Virus record (IMG/VR): IMGVR_UViG_3300047463_000230
Location: 1 to 63,361 of that record
Source of the DNA: a virus
Taxonomy: Duplodnaviria; Caudoviricetes
DNA length: 63,361 bases
Direction: 5' to 3' (one strand)
Each line of letters opens with the position of its first letter. Position 1 is the stretch's first letter. The translations under genes were made by a program, and so were the position numbers. The notes beneath the pieces were generated by a model. The model saw only the letters and a list, made by a program, of their open reading frames with translations, was not told the DNA's origin and searched no databases. Shown here piece after piece: positions 19,191 to 28,646 of this stretch.

Positions 19191-19763
19191 ATGATTATAG
19201 GGTTCACTGGGTTAGCCGGGTCGGGCAAGTCGACCGCCGCCATGCACTTGGCGTCCGCCCATAAGTTTCAGCGCCTGCGATTTGCTGGCGCCCTGAAGTT
19301 AATGCTGCACGCGATGCACTTGACGCCGGAAGAAACTGATGGTTCACTGAAAGAGGAGCCGTGCAGTTTGCTTGATGGGAAAACCCCGCGCTATGCCATG
19401 CAGACATTGGGGACGGAGTGGGGTCGCGACCTGATATCGCCGGACTTGTGGGTCAACGTCTGGCGGCGCGAGGTCGGGGCCATTTTGTTCAAGCAGCCCA
19501 AGGCCGACATTGTCGTTGACGATGTCCGGTTCGACAACGAGGTACATGCCATCCTTGAACTGGGCGGCATTATAGTCCGCATCACGCGGTATGGCGTGGC
19601 GCGGGCGTCAGGTCATGCGTCCGAGGACGTTCCGGACTTCTGCACAGCCTTTGTCATGAACACCAAGGGCACTGTCAGCGAGTTCCAGGCTGACATTGAC
19701 AGCCAGCTGGATTACTGGCGCCGTCAAGTTTTCCCATTCACCATGAATGAGACAGCACCATGA
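19191..19763 (+). CDS. Deoxynucleoside monophosphate kinase
   Basis: IIGFTGLAGSGKST, FAGALK, PRYAMQTLGTEWGR, DDVRFDNE, H.SE. Confidence 0.85.
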   Translation: MIIGFTGLAGSGKSTAAMHLASAHKFQRLRFAGALKLMLHAMHLTPEETDGSLKEEPCSLLDGKTPRYAMQTLGTEWGRDLISPDLWVNVWRREVGAILFKQPKADIVVDDVRFDNEVHAILELGGIIVRITRYGVARASGHASEDVPDFCTAFVMNTKGTVSEFQADIDSQLDYWRRQVFPFTMNETAP

Positions 19764-20050
19764 AAAAGGCAATTAAGGTCGACGCCAAGGCGGCGCTTCG
19801 GCAGGCCAAAATGCGCCGGGACACGGTAAGCGCAACGCAACGCCTTGTCCGCATGACCGTCGCGGACGCCATTGACGCGGAGCGCCGCAAGGTGCTCACC
19901 ATCTTACAGACCGGCGTGAAGGCGGCGAAAGCCAGACGGAAGGCTAAGAAGATCACCAAGGGTGAATACGCCGGTAGCATGGCCGCCTTAGCCTTTGTGG
20001 CGGTGTGCCTAACGGACACCGGCTACGAAATGGAAACCGACGAGGACTAA
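19760..20050 (+). CDS. Hypothetical basic protein
   Basis: ATGA-coupled ORF. Confidence 0.5.
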   Translation: MKKAIKVDAKAALRQAKMRRDTVSATQRLVRMTVADAIDAERRKVLTILQTGVKAAKARRKAKKITKGEYAGSMAALAFVAVCLTDTGYEMETDED

Positions 20051-20065
20051 CGAAAGGGATCACCC

Positions 20066-20458
20066 ATGGCTGACGTTTACACTGTCGTTTTACAGACCAC
20101 TGCAAAGAACATGCCGACCATCCTGAAAACGGTGAACGGGGTGGCGACTTTGGTGTCTGTCACGGCGACCATCAAGGAGACTGATGGCGAACCCGCCAAG
20201 CGCCGCAACGGCGGCTATGTCGGGGGCAGGGCCAACAAGGGCATTAGGGGAGAAGACCTTGTGCTCGAAGTACTGTCGGCGGCGAACCGGGTCGTTACCT
20301 ACCATGAAATGACGGAGCGCTTTGCGGCCAGGGGCTTCGCGGGCAACAGCGTGTCCGCGACACTGTCAAGGATGGTGCAGGACGGTCGGGTGCGCCGGGT
20401 TGGGTCAGAGCGCTATGCGTTGCCGGGCACTGTCGTCAAGCTGGGAGACTTGAAATGA
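20066..20458 (+). CDS. Winged-helix DNA-binding protein
   Basis: NSVSATLSRMVQDGRVRRVGSERYAL. Confidence 0.55.
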   Translation: MADVYTVVLQTTAKNMPTILKTVNGVATLVSVTATIKETDGEPAKRRNGGYVGGRANKGIRGEDLVLEVLSAANRVVTYHEMTERFAARGFAGNSVSATLSRMVQDGRVRRVGSERYALPGTVVKLGDLK

Positions 20459-20988
20459 ATGAGCTCAAGGACAAGCTGGAAGCTGTATTGGCGACGGGCA
20501 TCAACGATGCCACCCTGGCGACGGTCAGGAAACAAGTCGATAATATTTGTGACGACTTGGCAGGGGACGTACTGGGCAAACTTAAGGAGGAACTAGCATA
20601 CTGGCTGTCCGACTGGGTCGGCGAAATGGCGACCAAGGTTGTCAAGGCCATTTTGGATGGTGACGAAGACGCCATGCGCGGTTACCTCGGATGCAAGGAG
20701 GGTTCCTTTTATACGGGACGCACGACCGGCTATTGCTCCAACCCAAGCACGCTGCACCAAGTCAGCGGCGACGGCACGCTGTTTGAACACGGGGCGCTGG
20801 CACTGCGCAAAAAGATCGTAGATGCATATCGCGACCTGCTAGTTGACCAGCGCATCCTTGACTTGGAGGACCAAGTCAAGTCGCTGGTCGGGCAGGTCAA
20901 CAGGCTGACGTATAAAAATTGTCAGCTTAAGCAGGACGCCCGCGACCGTGCCAGCCGCTTTGCACCGGGAGGGTACTCCGATGACTGA
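20455..20988 (+). CDS. Hypothetical coiled-coil protein
   Basis: Coupled ORF, heptad-like C-terminus. Confidence 0.5.
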   Translation: MNELKDKLEAVLATGINDATLATVRKQVDNICDDLAGDVLGKLKEELAYWLSDWVGEMATKVVKAILDGDEDAMRGYLGCKEGSFYTGRTTGYCSNPSTLHQVSGDGTLFEHGALALRKKIVDAYRDLLVDQRILDLEDQVKSLVGQVNRLTYKNCQLKQDARDRASRFAPGGYSDD

Positions 20989-21217
20989 TATGAGCGACGA
21001 TGTAAGGACACTGATGGCAAAGAGTGCAGAGCTGGCTACGCTGATTGAGTGCGGTCGCATCGTCAAGATGCTCAACCTTCAACGCCAGGGGGCGCCGGGG
21101 GCCATGCCACGGCTGACGCAGCACTTGGCAATGCTTCCGGTGTCGACGCGTAATGCCGTGACAGCGGCGCTCAACACTATTGTGATCGATATTCTGGAAG
21201 GGGGCGGTCATGGTTGA
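20981..21217 (+). CDS. Hypothetical protein
   Basis: GGAGG RBS before ATG 20981. Confidence 0.45.
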   Translation: MTDMSDDVRTLMAKSAELATLIECGRIVKMLNLQRQGAPGAMPRLTQHLAMLPVSTRNAVTAALNTIVIDILEGGGHG

Positions 21218-21431
21218 CATCAAACTTCGCGACTTGGAAAAAGTCATGCACCACGCTGGCGCACTTATGGACATGGGCGCGGAAATAGAGCGGGCAAGGT
21301 GCAAGCTCATTGTTGACCAGTGGTGCAGTCAAACGTTCCGCATGTCACAGCTCCCCCAGCTAACAGACGCGGAGGATCAGGCCATCAGCGCCATGCTCAA
21401 CCACATCCTAAAGGAGATCGAAAATGATTGA
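21210..21431 (+). CDS. Hypothetical protein
   Basis: Coupled ORF. Confidence 0.45.
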   Translation: MVDIKLRDLEKVMHHAGALMDMGAEIERARCKLIVDQWCSQTFRMSQLPQLTDAEDQAISAMLNHILKEIEND

Positions 21432-21786
21432 TTGGGATAAGCCACTGGTCACGCGTGACGGACGCAAGGCCACGGTTATCAGCATGACGCGCAAGACACC
21501 CGACAACCAGTACCCTATTGTTGCACTTGTCGAACGCGATGAGCACATTGACGACGTGTTCAGTTTCACAGCCGAAGGACGCTATGTGAGCAGTGGCTGC
21601 CATGATCTCGACCTTGTCAATGTGCCAACCGAGCGCACGGTGTTGTGGATCAACTTGTACCTTGCGCAGGGATGCGCCGCCGGTTATCGCTCCGGCGGTA
21701 GCTGCTATAAAACGGAGGCGGAAGCAAGGAATGCCGCAGGTGGCTCTGGTCACTTTGGCACCTTTCCCATCACATTTAAGGAGTGA
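21424..21786 (+). CDS. Hypothetical protein, paralogue 1 (IDW.KP..TR.GR family)
   Basis: Aligns by eye with the next ORF. Confidence 0.6.
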   Translation: MIDWDKPLVTRDGRKATVISMTRKTPDNQYPIVALVERDEHIDDVFSFTAEGRYVSSGCHDLDLVNVPTERTVLWINLYLAQGCAAGYRSGGSCYKTEAEARNAAGGSGHFGTFPITFKE

Positions 21787-22166
21787 CTGACATGAGCATC
21801 GATTGGAGCAAGCCAATACAAACACGCGCCGGGCGGCCGGCGCGGGTTATTTGTGCTGATCGCGCCGATGCACTACGCCCCGTGGTGGTGCTTATCAGAG
21901 GCGAAAGTGGCGATGAACTGGTGGCCAGCGTCACCCGCGCCGGCACCTACAGGACTACTAGTGCACCTGACGGCGCCGATATCATCAATGTGCCGGAGCC
22001 TGTGGAGTACTGGACCAACATTTATCAGACGTCAAACGGGGCTCATTTCAATAGCCCACTGTTCACCAGTGCCGCAGTAGCTGCGCAGGGGGCCGCCGCC
22101 CATAGCAGCAAGTGTCTTCGGACGCTGAAGCTGACCATTACGGGGGAGGTCTGCCATGTCGAGTGA
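21783..22166 (+). CDS. Hypothetical protein, paralogue 2
   Basis: IDWSKPIQTRAGRPARVI...DIINVP...WTNIY. Confidence 0.6.
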   Translation: MTDMSIDWSKPIQTRAGRPARVICADRADALRPVVVLIRGESGDELVASVTRAGTYRTTSAPDGADIINVPEPVEYWTNIYQTSNGAHFNSPLFTSAAVAAQGAAAHSSKCLRTLKLTITGEVCHVE

Positions 22167-22443
22167 ACAGAGGGTGCCACAGCCTGAGTTCTTTTACGTC
22201 TGGCATGAACACATGACGGCGCCGTCACCGTGCAAAGACCTACCGCTGGCACGGAAGCGGGTCGCAGAACTATCCAGTATGCTCCCCGGCACTGTCATTC
22301 ACTTGCTGCGTGCCACGTCCTGCGGTACGTCCCACTTGCCAAGGGACACACAACATACTGGGTGGATGGCAATGCAGGAACCCGCAGCCAGCATTGGTGG
22401 TGGCAGCCCTAACAGGGGGCCGGTTGCGCCGGGGGCGTCGTGA
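22156..22443 (+). CDS. Hypothetical protein
   Basis: GGAGG RBS. Confidence 0.45.
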   Translation: MSSEQRVPQPEFFYVWHEHMTAPSPCKDLPLARKRVAELSSMLPGTVIHLLRATSCGTSHLPRDTQHTGWMAMQEPAASIGGGSPNRGPVAPGAS

Positions 22444-22589
22444 CTGGTAGACGCCCGCCGGACTGGGCGGGTTATCACTGGGTGCACAGGCGGTCATGCC
22501 AATGCACCCAATGCCCATGGAAAGGTAACTGCAAGGGGACGGCGTGGTCGCACTGGCGCGAGGTTCCTGATACGAATGGAGGTCCACAC

Positions 22590-22787
22590 ATGACAGACCA
22601 AACAGCACAGCCGCCTATGACGGATGCGGAAGTACTGGCGGTCATCCGCATCATGATCCTAAACGGCACCTATAACCCAGTGGCCGTTGCTGCGGCCGTC
22701 TATAAGGTGCCGCTGGACCAAGTCACGCCGGGGCAGCGTCAACGGATCAGAGCGCTGGCCTTTCCTTATATGTATGGGGCACACTGA
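22590..22787 (+). CDS. Mini-protein resembling family-A DNA polymerase fingers (O-helix)
   Basis: AAAVYKVPLDQVTPGQRQRIRALAFPYMYG; GGAGG RBS before ATG 22590. Confidence 0.5.
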   Translation: MTDQTAQPPMTDAEVLAVIRIMILNGTYNPVAVAAAVYKVPLDQVTPGQRQRIRALAFPYMYGAH

Positions 22788-22788
22788 C

Positions 22789-23001
22789 ATGAAAGCGCAC
22801 GCAGTCGAGCTAAGCCTGGAAGAATCTGGCATTCTTTGCAACCTACTGATGTTTGCCATCGTGCCACTACAGGAAACAGTTAGAAGGGGCGAGGGGTCTT
22901 TTGCCATGGAGGTGGCGGCAGCGCAGTTAGTCCGTTATCAGACGTTGTGGGACAAATTGGCAAAGGTTAATGAGGAGCTAATGATGGAGCGTGCACCATG
23001 A
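22789..23001 (+). CDS. Hypothetical protein
   Basis: Coupled ORF. Confidence 0.45.
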   Translation: MKAHAVELSLEESGILCNLLMFAIVPLQETVRRGEGSFAMEVAAAQLVRYQTLWDKLAKVNEELMMERAP

Positions 23002-23687
23002 GCACTCGCAATGCCTTGTTGGCGTCGATCGAGCATTGGCGCCGTAATGCGGTGGGGCAGTTTGACGGCATAACCGGAGATAACTGCGCGCTGTGCGAGG
23101 AATTTTCGCATATGGTCGACTGCGACGGTTGCCCGGTCGCTGCTGCCGGTCACCCCGGCTGCATCACTACGCCCTACTATACGGCGCAGAGGGTTTACTA
23201 TAAGGCGGTGTCTTCCCCGGTGCTGATCAACACCACATTGGACCGAATGGTGATACGCGTTGGGGAGGAGTTTCTGGCGGCGGCCAAGGCCGAGCACGAC
23301 TTTTTGGTGTCGCTGCTGCCCAGCGTCACGGAACAAGGGGTGGCGGATGTATTTGAGCCACGCAGCATGCACCAGTGGCCAGGCGAGGGGGCTGTCGGGT
23401 TAACGCCGCGACAGGCGTTGCTGCATAGTATTGAGCACTGGCGGCGCATTGCGACGGGGTATGACAAGACACTGGGCGCTGGTGCCTGTGCTTTGTGCGG
23501 GCTGTATCAAGGACGCGCTGACAAAGGCCTTTGTGAGGGGTGCCCGGTCATGGCCAATACAGGTCTCCCCTACTGCCACGGGACGCCCTATAGAGACGCT
23601 TGGATCTGTCTGCGAAACGGTAGCTTCACTGGTGCCAAGGCTATGCACGACTTTTTGGTTGGGCTGCTGACCACAACAATGGAGTAG
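22998..23687 (+). CDS. Protein with duplicated Cys-rich domain
   Basis: ALL.SIEHWRR...CALC...C.GCPV...C..TPY...A.HDFLV.LL occurs twice. Confidence 0.65.
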   Translation: MSTRNALLASIEHWRRNAVGQFDGITGDNCALCEEFSHMVDCDGCPVAAAGHPGCITTPYYTAQRVYYKAVSSPVLINTTLDRMVIRVGEEFLAAAKAEHDFLVSLLPSVTEQGVADVFEPRSMHQWPGEGAVGLTPRQALLHSIEHWRRIATGYDKTLGAGACALCGLYQGRADKGLCEGCPVMANTGLPYCHGTPYRDAWICLRNGSFTGAKAMHDFLVGLLTTTME

Positions 23688-23694
23688 AGGCCAC

Positions 23695-23925
23695 ATGACG
23701 ACGCATCAGGAAAGACTGGCGGCCATTGACGCGTTGCCACCTGATGTCCGTGGTTGTGTGCACGACTATGGCTATACAGTCGTGGACACTTGCCTACAGC
23801 TTGGCGTGCGCAAGCCCAAGCATATTCGCCACTTGGTCACGACTGTGATGAATGAACTATCGCCGGTCAATGGTGCGTACTCACGGCAAGGTTTTAACAA
23901 CAATCGAGGAGGCAATAATGGCTAA
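23695..23925 (+). CDS. Hypothetical protein
   Basis: RBS; IDALPPDVR..VHDYG. Confidence 0.5.
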   Translation: MTTHQERLAAIDALPPDVRGCVHDYGYTVVDTCLQLGVRKPKHIRHLVTTVMNELSPVNGAYSRQGFNNNRGGNNG

Positions 23926-24532
23926 AAAGGCAGCAAAAAAGCAGAAGCAAGAGGTAAGTCCTGTTGACATCGACATTGAATCAGAGCTTGGATCATTTGT
24001 ACCAGATGCAAATCAACTTTCATCAATTGAGTCAATTGTTCGTCAAGGCGCTGCTTTGATGGAGCAGATTGCCTCAGCTGAGGAATTTCTCAAACAGGCC
24101 AAAGGCGAGCTTCACTTGCTGACTACAAGGACGCTTCCGGATGCAATGGCTTCAGCAGGAACATCTGAGTTTAAGACTGAAAGCGGTCTCAAGGTGACGA
24201 TTAAGGATTTTATCTCTGGGTCGCTTCCCAAAGAAGATGATGCACGGACCGCAGCATTGACTTGGCTCGCAGAAGTTGGTGCGGGTGATATCATCAAGAA
24301 TAAGCTCAGCATTGAGTTTGAAAAGGGAGAGGACAATCTCGCTGGCGATGTCGCAGGCTATGTTGATGGTCTCGGTCTTGACTATGAACAAAAACGTGAT
24401 GTACATCCCCAGACCCTTCAATCATTCGCTCGTGAGCGAATGAAGGCTGGTGAAGATGTCCCGCTGGATATGCTTGGCCTTTATGCCGGCCGAGCTGCCA
24501 AGATTGATTTGCCAAAGAAGAAGGGAGCTTGA
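23918..24532 (+). CDS. Phage replication/recombination-associated protein
   Basis: Coiled coil, LPDAM, WL...G.GDIIK and VHPQTL..F.RE motifs; a type I recall adjacent to SSB genes. Confidence 0.5.
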   Translation: MAKKAAKKQKQEVSPVDIDIESELGSFVPDANQLSSIESIVRQGAALMEQIASAEEFLKQAKGELHLLTTRTLPDAMASAGTSEFKTESGLKVTIKDFISGSLPKEDDARTAALTWLAEVGAGDIIKNKLSIEFEKGEDNLAGDVAGYVDGLGLDYEQKRDVHPQTLQSFARERMKAGEDVPLDMLGLYAGRAAKIDLPKKKGA

Positions 24533-24535
24533 CAA

Positions 24536-25489
24536 ATGTCTCGTATGATAACAATCATCGGCTCTGGAATGGCTGGCCTTCTGGCCGGCAACATGCTATC
24601 TCGAAATGCCATCAGGATCATTGAGGCACAAAAAGAGCTTCCGAACAATCACAGCGCAGTCCTTCGGTTTCGTTCATCTGTTGTCTCGGATGTTCTTGGC
24701 ATTCCATTCAAAAAAGTAAAGCTGATCAAAAGCTATCTGCCATGGAAAAATCGTGTGGCAGATAGCTTGTCATATGCTCACAAGTGCTCAGGCATTTCTC
24801 GCTCGGATCGATCGATCATTACTGAAGAATTTGCTGCCGAACGCTGGATTGCCCCTCCTGATTTGATTGAGCAGATGGCTCAGCCACTTATTGGCGCAAT
24901 TGAATTCGGAAAAACTTTTACTGATGAAAGCATCAACACAATTGATTGCTCTGATCCAATCATTTCAACAATGCCGATGCCTGTTTTGATGAAATTGCTC
25001 GGATACAAGGATGCCCCCAATTTCAATTATGTCGGCGGCGCTAATGTTCACCTTCGGATATCTGACTGTGATGCTTATGCATCGCTCTATGTTCCTGATC
25101 CACTCTACAAGTTCAATCGGGCATCGATCACAGGAGATGATCTCTGTGTTGAATATTCCTTTCCTTCCCACCTTCCTGACAATCAAATCGAGTGGCTTGA
25201 CAAAAACAAATACAGTGAAGCATATGATGCTGCACAACTGTTTGGTTTTCATCGCTCCCGCATCCAGAGCATTTCACTGAGTGCGCAGCGCTATGCCAAG
25301 ATACAGCCCATTGATGAGAATGCTCGAAAAGCATTTATCGCTTGGGCAACTGACAACTTCAACATTTTCTCGCTCGGTCGCTTCGCAACTTGGCGACCGG
25401 GCCTGCTGCTTGATGACCTCGTCCACGATGTCAGGCTTGTCCAGAAATGGATCAACTCTGACCGTTATTCAATGAAGTTCCACCGCTGA
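24536..25489 (+). CDS. FAD/NAD(P)-binding oxidoreductase
   Basis: IIGSGMAGLLA Rossmann motif, E at end of beta-2, C-terminal LGRFATW. Confidence 0.75.
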   Translation: MSRMITIIGSGMAGLLAGNMLSRNAIRIIEAQKELPNNHSAVLRFRSSVVSDVLGIPFKKVKLIKSYLPWKNRVADSLSYAHKCSGISRSDRSIITEEFAAERWIAPPDLIEQMAQPLIGAIEFGKTFTDESINTIDCSDPIISTMPMPVLMKLLGYKDAPNFNYVGGANVHLRISDCDAYASLYVPDPLYKFNRASITGDDLCVEYSFPSHLPDNQIEWLDKNKYSEAYDAAQLFGFHRSRIQSISLSAQRYAKIQPIDENARKAFIAWATDNFNIFSLGRFATWRPGLLLDDLVHDVRLVQKWINSDRYSMKFHR

Positions 25490-25500
25490 AGGAGGCTGTT

Positions 25501-26262
25501 ATGAAAGTTACACTGCTCGACTACACCGGCGCAGGATGCCACATCGACTATGCCATCGACCTCTTGATCTTCACCAAGGGGACACGACTTCAAATGTCGC
25601 CAGCTGCTCGTGATGAAATCAGGAATTGGCCATACGACAAGAAGATTGATGAAATCAAATACATGGCCAATACCATCCCAAGCTCTTGGGAGTTTGTTGA
25701 CTACACCTTCATGATTGAAGGCGTCACCAGAGCTTTTACCCACCAGCTTGTCCGGACTCGCACTGCATCCTTTGCCCAACAAACGATGCGAGTGCTCAAT
25801 GTTGGGGATGGTCCTGGCTGGGACTATCTGACAGGTCCAACGATCGAGCATGAGCCAATTGTTGGCGCCGAAGACCCAACACTCAAGGCTGTTTATGATA
25901 ATTGCATGGAAAATATTTCCAAAACATATAATCATCTCATTGTTGCTGGGGCAGCTATTGAGGATGCGCGCGGCGTTCTCCCGACCAACATTCTCACAAA
26001 CATTGTGATGAAATGCAACATGCGCACCTTCGTCGAGATGGTCCACAAGCGCTCCTCGCCACGGACACAAGGTGAATATCGCAACGTACTTGATGCAATG
26101 AAAACTGCCGCGCTTGGTGCACACCCATGGCTCACACATTTTGTTGAGCGTACTTTTGACAAGGCAGCCAGCGACCTTGACAAGGAAATCAGCGAAATTG
26201 ATGACACAGCCAAGCGCACTAGGATGATTAAGCTTGTGGACCAGCTGAGGGCAAAGCAATGA
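25501..26262 (+). CDS. thyX: Divergent flavin-dependent thymidylate synthase (ThyX-like)
   Basis: F.IEGVTRAFTHQLVRTRTASFAQQTMR, EDARGVLP, N.R, Q.E; RHR changed to RTR and S to T. Confidence 0.75.
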   Translation: MKVTLLDYTGAGCHIDYAIDLLIFTKGTRLQMSPAARDEIRNWPYDKKIDEIKYMANTIPSSWEFVDYTFMIEGVTRAFTHQLVRTRTASFAQQTMRVLNVGDGPGWDYLTGPTIEHEPIVGAEDPTLKAVYDNCMENISKTYNHLIVAGAAIEDARGVLPTNILTNIVMKCNMRTFVEMVHKRSSPRTQGEYRNVLDAMKTAALGAHPWLTHFVERTFDKAASDLDKEISEIDDTAKRTRMIKLVDQLRAKQ

Positions 26263-26714
26263 AAAAGGAATTTGTGCTCATTGATATTGATCATGTCATC
26301 TCTGATGCCGCTTGGCGCGACGAGATGATCGGCGGCGATGGCGGCTGGGATGCCTATCATGCTGAATCGATCAATGATGATCCGTGCCACGACATTGTCC
26401 AACTTGTCAATGCTCTGCATTCCTCCGGATTGCAAGTAATCGGTTTGACGGCCCGCCCTGAGAAATGGCGAATGCTGACCAATTCATGGCTCATTAAGCA
26501 CTCGATACAGCTTGATGAGATATTGATGCGGCCAGACAAAAATTTTTCACCTTCCCCTGAGCTAAAAATCAGCTTGGCACGCGATCTATTCCAAGGCAAA
26601 GTTGCAGATAACGTTGCATTCATTCTTGATGATCGAGATGATGTTGTTGCTGCATTCCGCGCTGAAGGAATCACAGCACTTCAAGTTTTCACTGGCAAGT
26701 CAAAGGAGGCATGA
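26259..26714 (+). CDS. HAD-family phosphatase (PNKP 3'-phosphatase-like)
   Basis: DIDH, LTARPE, LMRP, K, DDRDDVV. Confidence 0.75.
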   Translation: MKKEFVLIDIDHVISDAAWRDEMIGGDGGWDAYHAESINDDPCHDIVQLVNALHSSGLQVIGLTARPEKWRMLTNSWLIKHSIQLDEILMRPDKNFSPSPELKISLARDLFQGKVADNVAFILDDRDDVVAAFRAEGITALQVFTGKSKEA

Positions 26715-27428
26715 ATGACCACTTATAGGAATGTTATCATAACCGGCGCAAGCTCTGGGCTTGGAAAAGAGCTTGCTTCCAAACTCGACGATGGCTACAC
26801 CATAATCACCAATTGGTCACTTCCATTTGTTGATGTGACTGACAAGGATAGCATTGAGGATGCAAAGGAAGCGTTTGCCAGAGGGCTATTTCCTGGTGTT
26901 GACATTCTTATCAACTGTGCCGGTGTCAATCACCTGTCAGCAATTGGCGATCTTGACATTGCCGATTGGGAACAGGTCATCAACACAAATGCTCGTGGCA
27001 TTTGGATGACAACAAAGGCGCTCCTTCCAGTCATGAAGGGCGGGACAGTTCTCAATATTGTTTCAAATGCATCTGGCATGCCAATGACGCATTCATTGGC
27101 ATACAATGCATCAAAGGGCGCCGCTAAGATCATGACTATGCAAATGGCTCGTGAATTGGGGAAAACTCACAATATCACTGTTTTCGGAATTTCACCAAAC
27201 AAGCTCGCTGGCACAGGAATGAGCGAGCAGATTGACAAGCGAGTTTGCGAACTTCGCGGTTGGACGCCAGAAGAGGCAAGGAGCTATCAGCTTGCTGCAC
27301 TTCCTTGTGGCGAGGAAACTAATCCAGAGACTCTTGCCGAATTCATCGCCTTCTTGTTATCATCAAAAGAGCGACACAAATACCTGCAGGGATGCATCAT
27401 TCCTTATGGCGGACCGATGGGAGTTTGA
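26715..27428 (+). CDS. Short-chain dehydrogenase/reductase
   Basis: TGASSGLG, INCAG, S, YNASK. Confidence 0.85.
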   Translation: MTTYRNVIITGASSGLGKELASKLDDGYTIITNWSLPFVDVTDKDSIEDAKEAFARGLFPGVDILINCAGVNHLSAIGDLDIADWEQVINTNARGIWMTTKALLPVMKGGTVLNIVSNASGMPMTHSLAYNASKGAAKIMTMQMARELGKTHNITVFGISPNKLAGTGMSEQIDKRVCELRGWTPEEARSYQLAALPCGEETNPETLAEFIAFLLSSKERHKYLQGCIIPYGGPMGV

Positions 27429-27431
27429 CCA

Positions 27432-27905
27432 ATGAAAATCGATCAGGTTGCTTGGTATGCGCGCGATGAAAAAGCTGCTGATGAACTCAAGATTAAACTT
27501 GGTCTCCAGGATGCCAAGTGGATCATTGATAATGTCACTGGGAAAAGCATTTTTGAGGATGAGACAATCGACATCAACAAGGGCCATCTTCAATTCAATT
27601 ATGACCTCGGAATTGAGTTGGAGATATTGACCTACACATCCGGACAGCATTGGCACCAAAGAACAAATCCTTTTTGGCTCGATAAATCCCAAAGTTTCTT
27701 TCATTCTCATACAGGACTCCACCTTGATCCTGGCGATATTTTTCCTGATATGCCAGGCTGCCTTCTTGTTCAGGAGACATTCACGCTGTCTCATACATCA
27801 GAATATTTGACAACGGGTGCCGGTGCCGGGAGGAAATACCACTACAGGATACATCAGTTGTCTCCTGGCAATTACATCAAGTTCATCAAACGCATTCAAC
27901 CTTGA
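27432..27905 (+). CDS. VOC/glyoxalase-like protein (epimerase?)
   Basis: IDQVA, ELEIL, SHTGLH pattern resembling beta-alpha-beta-beta-beta metal sites. Confidence 0.4.
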   Translation: MKIDQVAWYARDEKAADELKIKLGLQDAKWIIDNVTGKSIFEDETIDINKGHLQFNYDLGIELEILTYTSGQHWHQRTNPFWLDKSQSFFHSHTGLHLDPGDIFPDMPGCLLVQETFTLSHTSEYLTTGAGAGRKYHYRIHQLSPGNYIKFIKRIQP

Positions 27906-27915
27906 GGCAATGACA

Positions 27916-28230
27916 ATGGCTGATGTTGATGATATCTTGATGAATGCGGCTAATACATTTTCTGCCCGCAAAACAGTCTATGGTCATAACTACCTGCGAG
28001 TGGGAGCTGCACTCGCAGGAATGTTTCCTGATGGAATTGTGCTGAGAAGTGAAGATGACTTCAATCGATTTCACATCTTGATGCTGACATTTGTCAAGCT
28101 ATCAAGGTACTGCGTGAACTGGGAGACGGGCGGGCATCAGGACTCAATCCATGATGCTTCAATTTATTGCGCCATGCTTGAAATGATTGATGGAAACATC
28201 AAGGGGAGGCGCGCCAATGAGCAATCATGA
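27916..28230 (+). CDS. All-alpha nucleotide-modification-associated / dNTP pyrophosphatase-like protein (Nmad1/DUF6378-like)
   Basis: R...YG, KLSR, H.DS..D...Y.AM. Confidence 0.55.
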   Translation: MADVDDILMNAANTFSARKTVYGHNYLRVGAALAGMFPDGIVLRSEDDFNRFHILMLTFVKLSRYCVNWETGGHQDSIHDASIYCAMLEMIDGNIKGRRANEQS

Positions 28231-28645
28231 TTTCCTCGATCCAAATACTTGGGGAGAATTCAACAAGGGATTTGAATGGAGGATTTATGGTGATGACTTA
28301 GCTCAAATATGGTCGGTTGTTGATGAAGAAGACTACCATCACCTTTCCCAATGGAAGTGGTCGCCAAAGTGGTCGCGCGGCCAACGTAAATTCTATCTTC
28401 GTCGGAATGTTCAAGTCGGTCGCCGGTCGTTTCGAACTCAAACAACTCTTTATCTTCACGAGGCAGTGATGATGAATGCTGGGATCAAGCGCCCTTCGGA
28501 TGCCCATCTCATCATCGACCATCGGGATGGCAACTCGATGAACTGCCGCCGATCTAATCTGCGTTGGGCAACTCACTCAATGAATGCTCGAAATCTCTTT
28601 GGCTCAAAGGCTGAAGACCACCACTTTGAAAGACTTGGAGTCTGA
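28217..28645 (+). CDS. HNH homing endonuclease-like protein
   Basis: VDEEDY, LH, IDHRDGNSMNCRRSNLRWAT...N. Confidence 0.85.
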   Translation: MSNHDFLDPNTWGEFNKGFEWRIYGDDLAQIWSVVDEEDYHHLSQWKWSPKWSRGQRKFYLRRNVQVGRRSFRTQTTLYLHEAVMMNAGIKRPSDAHLIIDHRDGNSMNCRRSNLRWATHSMNARNLFGSKAEDHHFERLGV

Positions 28646-28646
28646 T

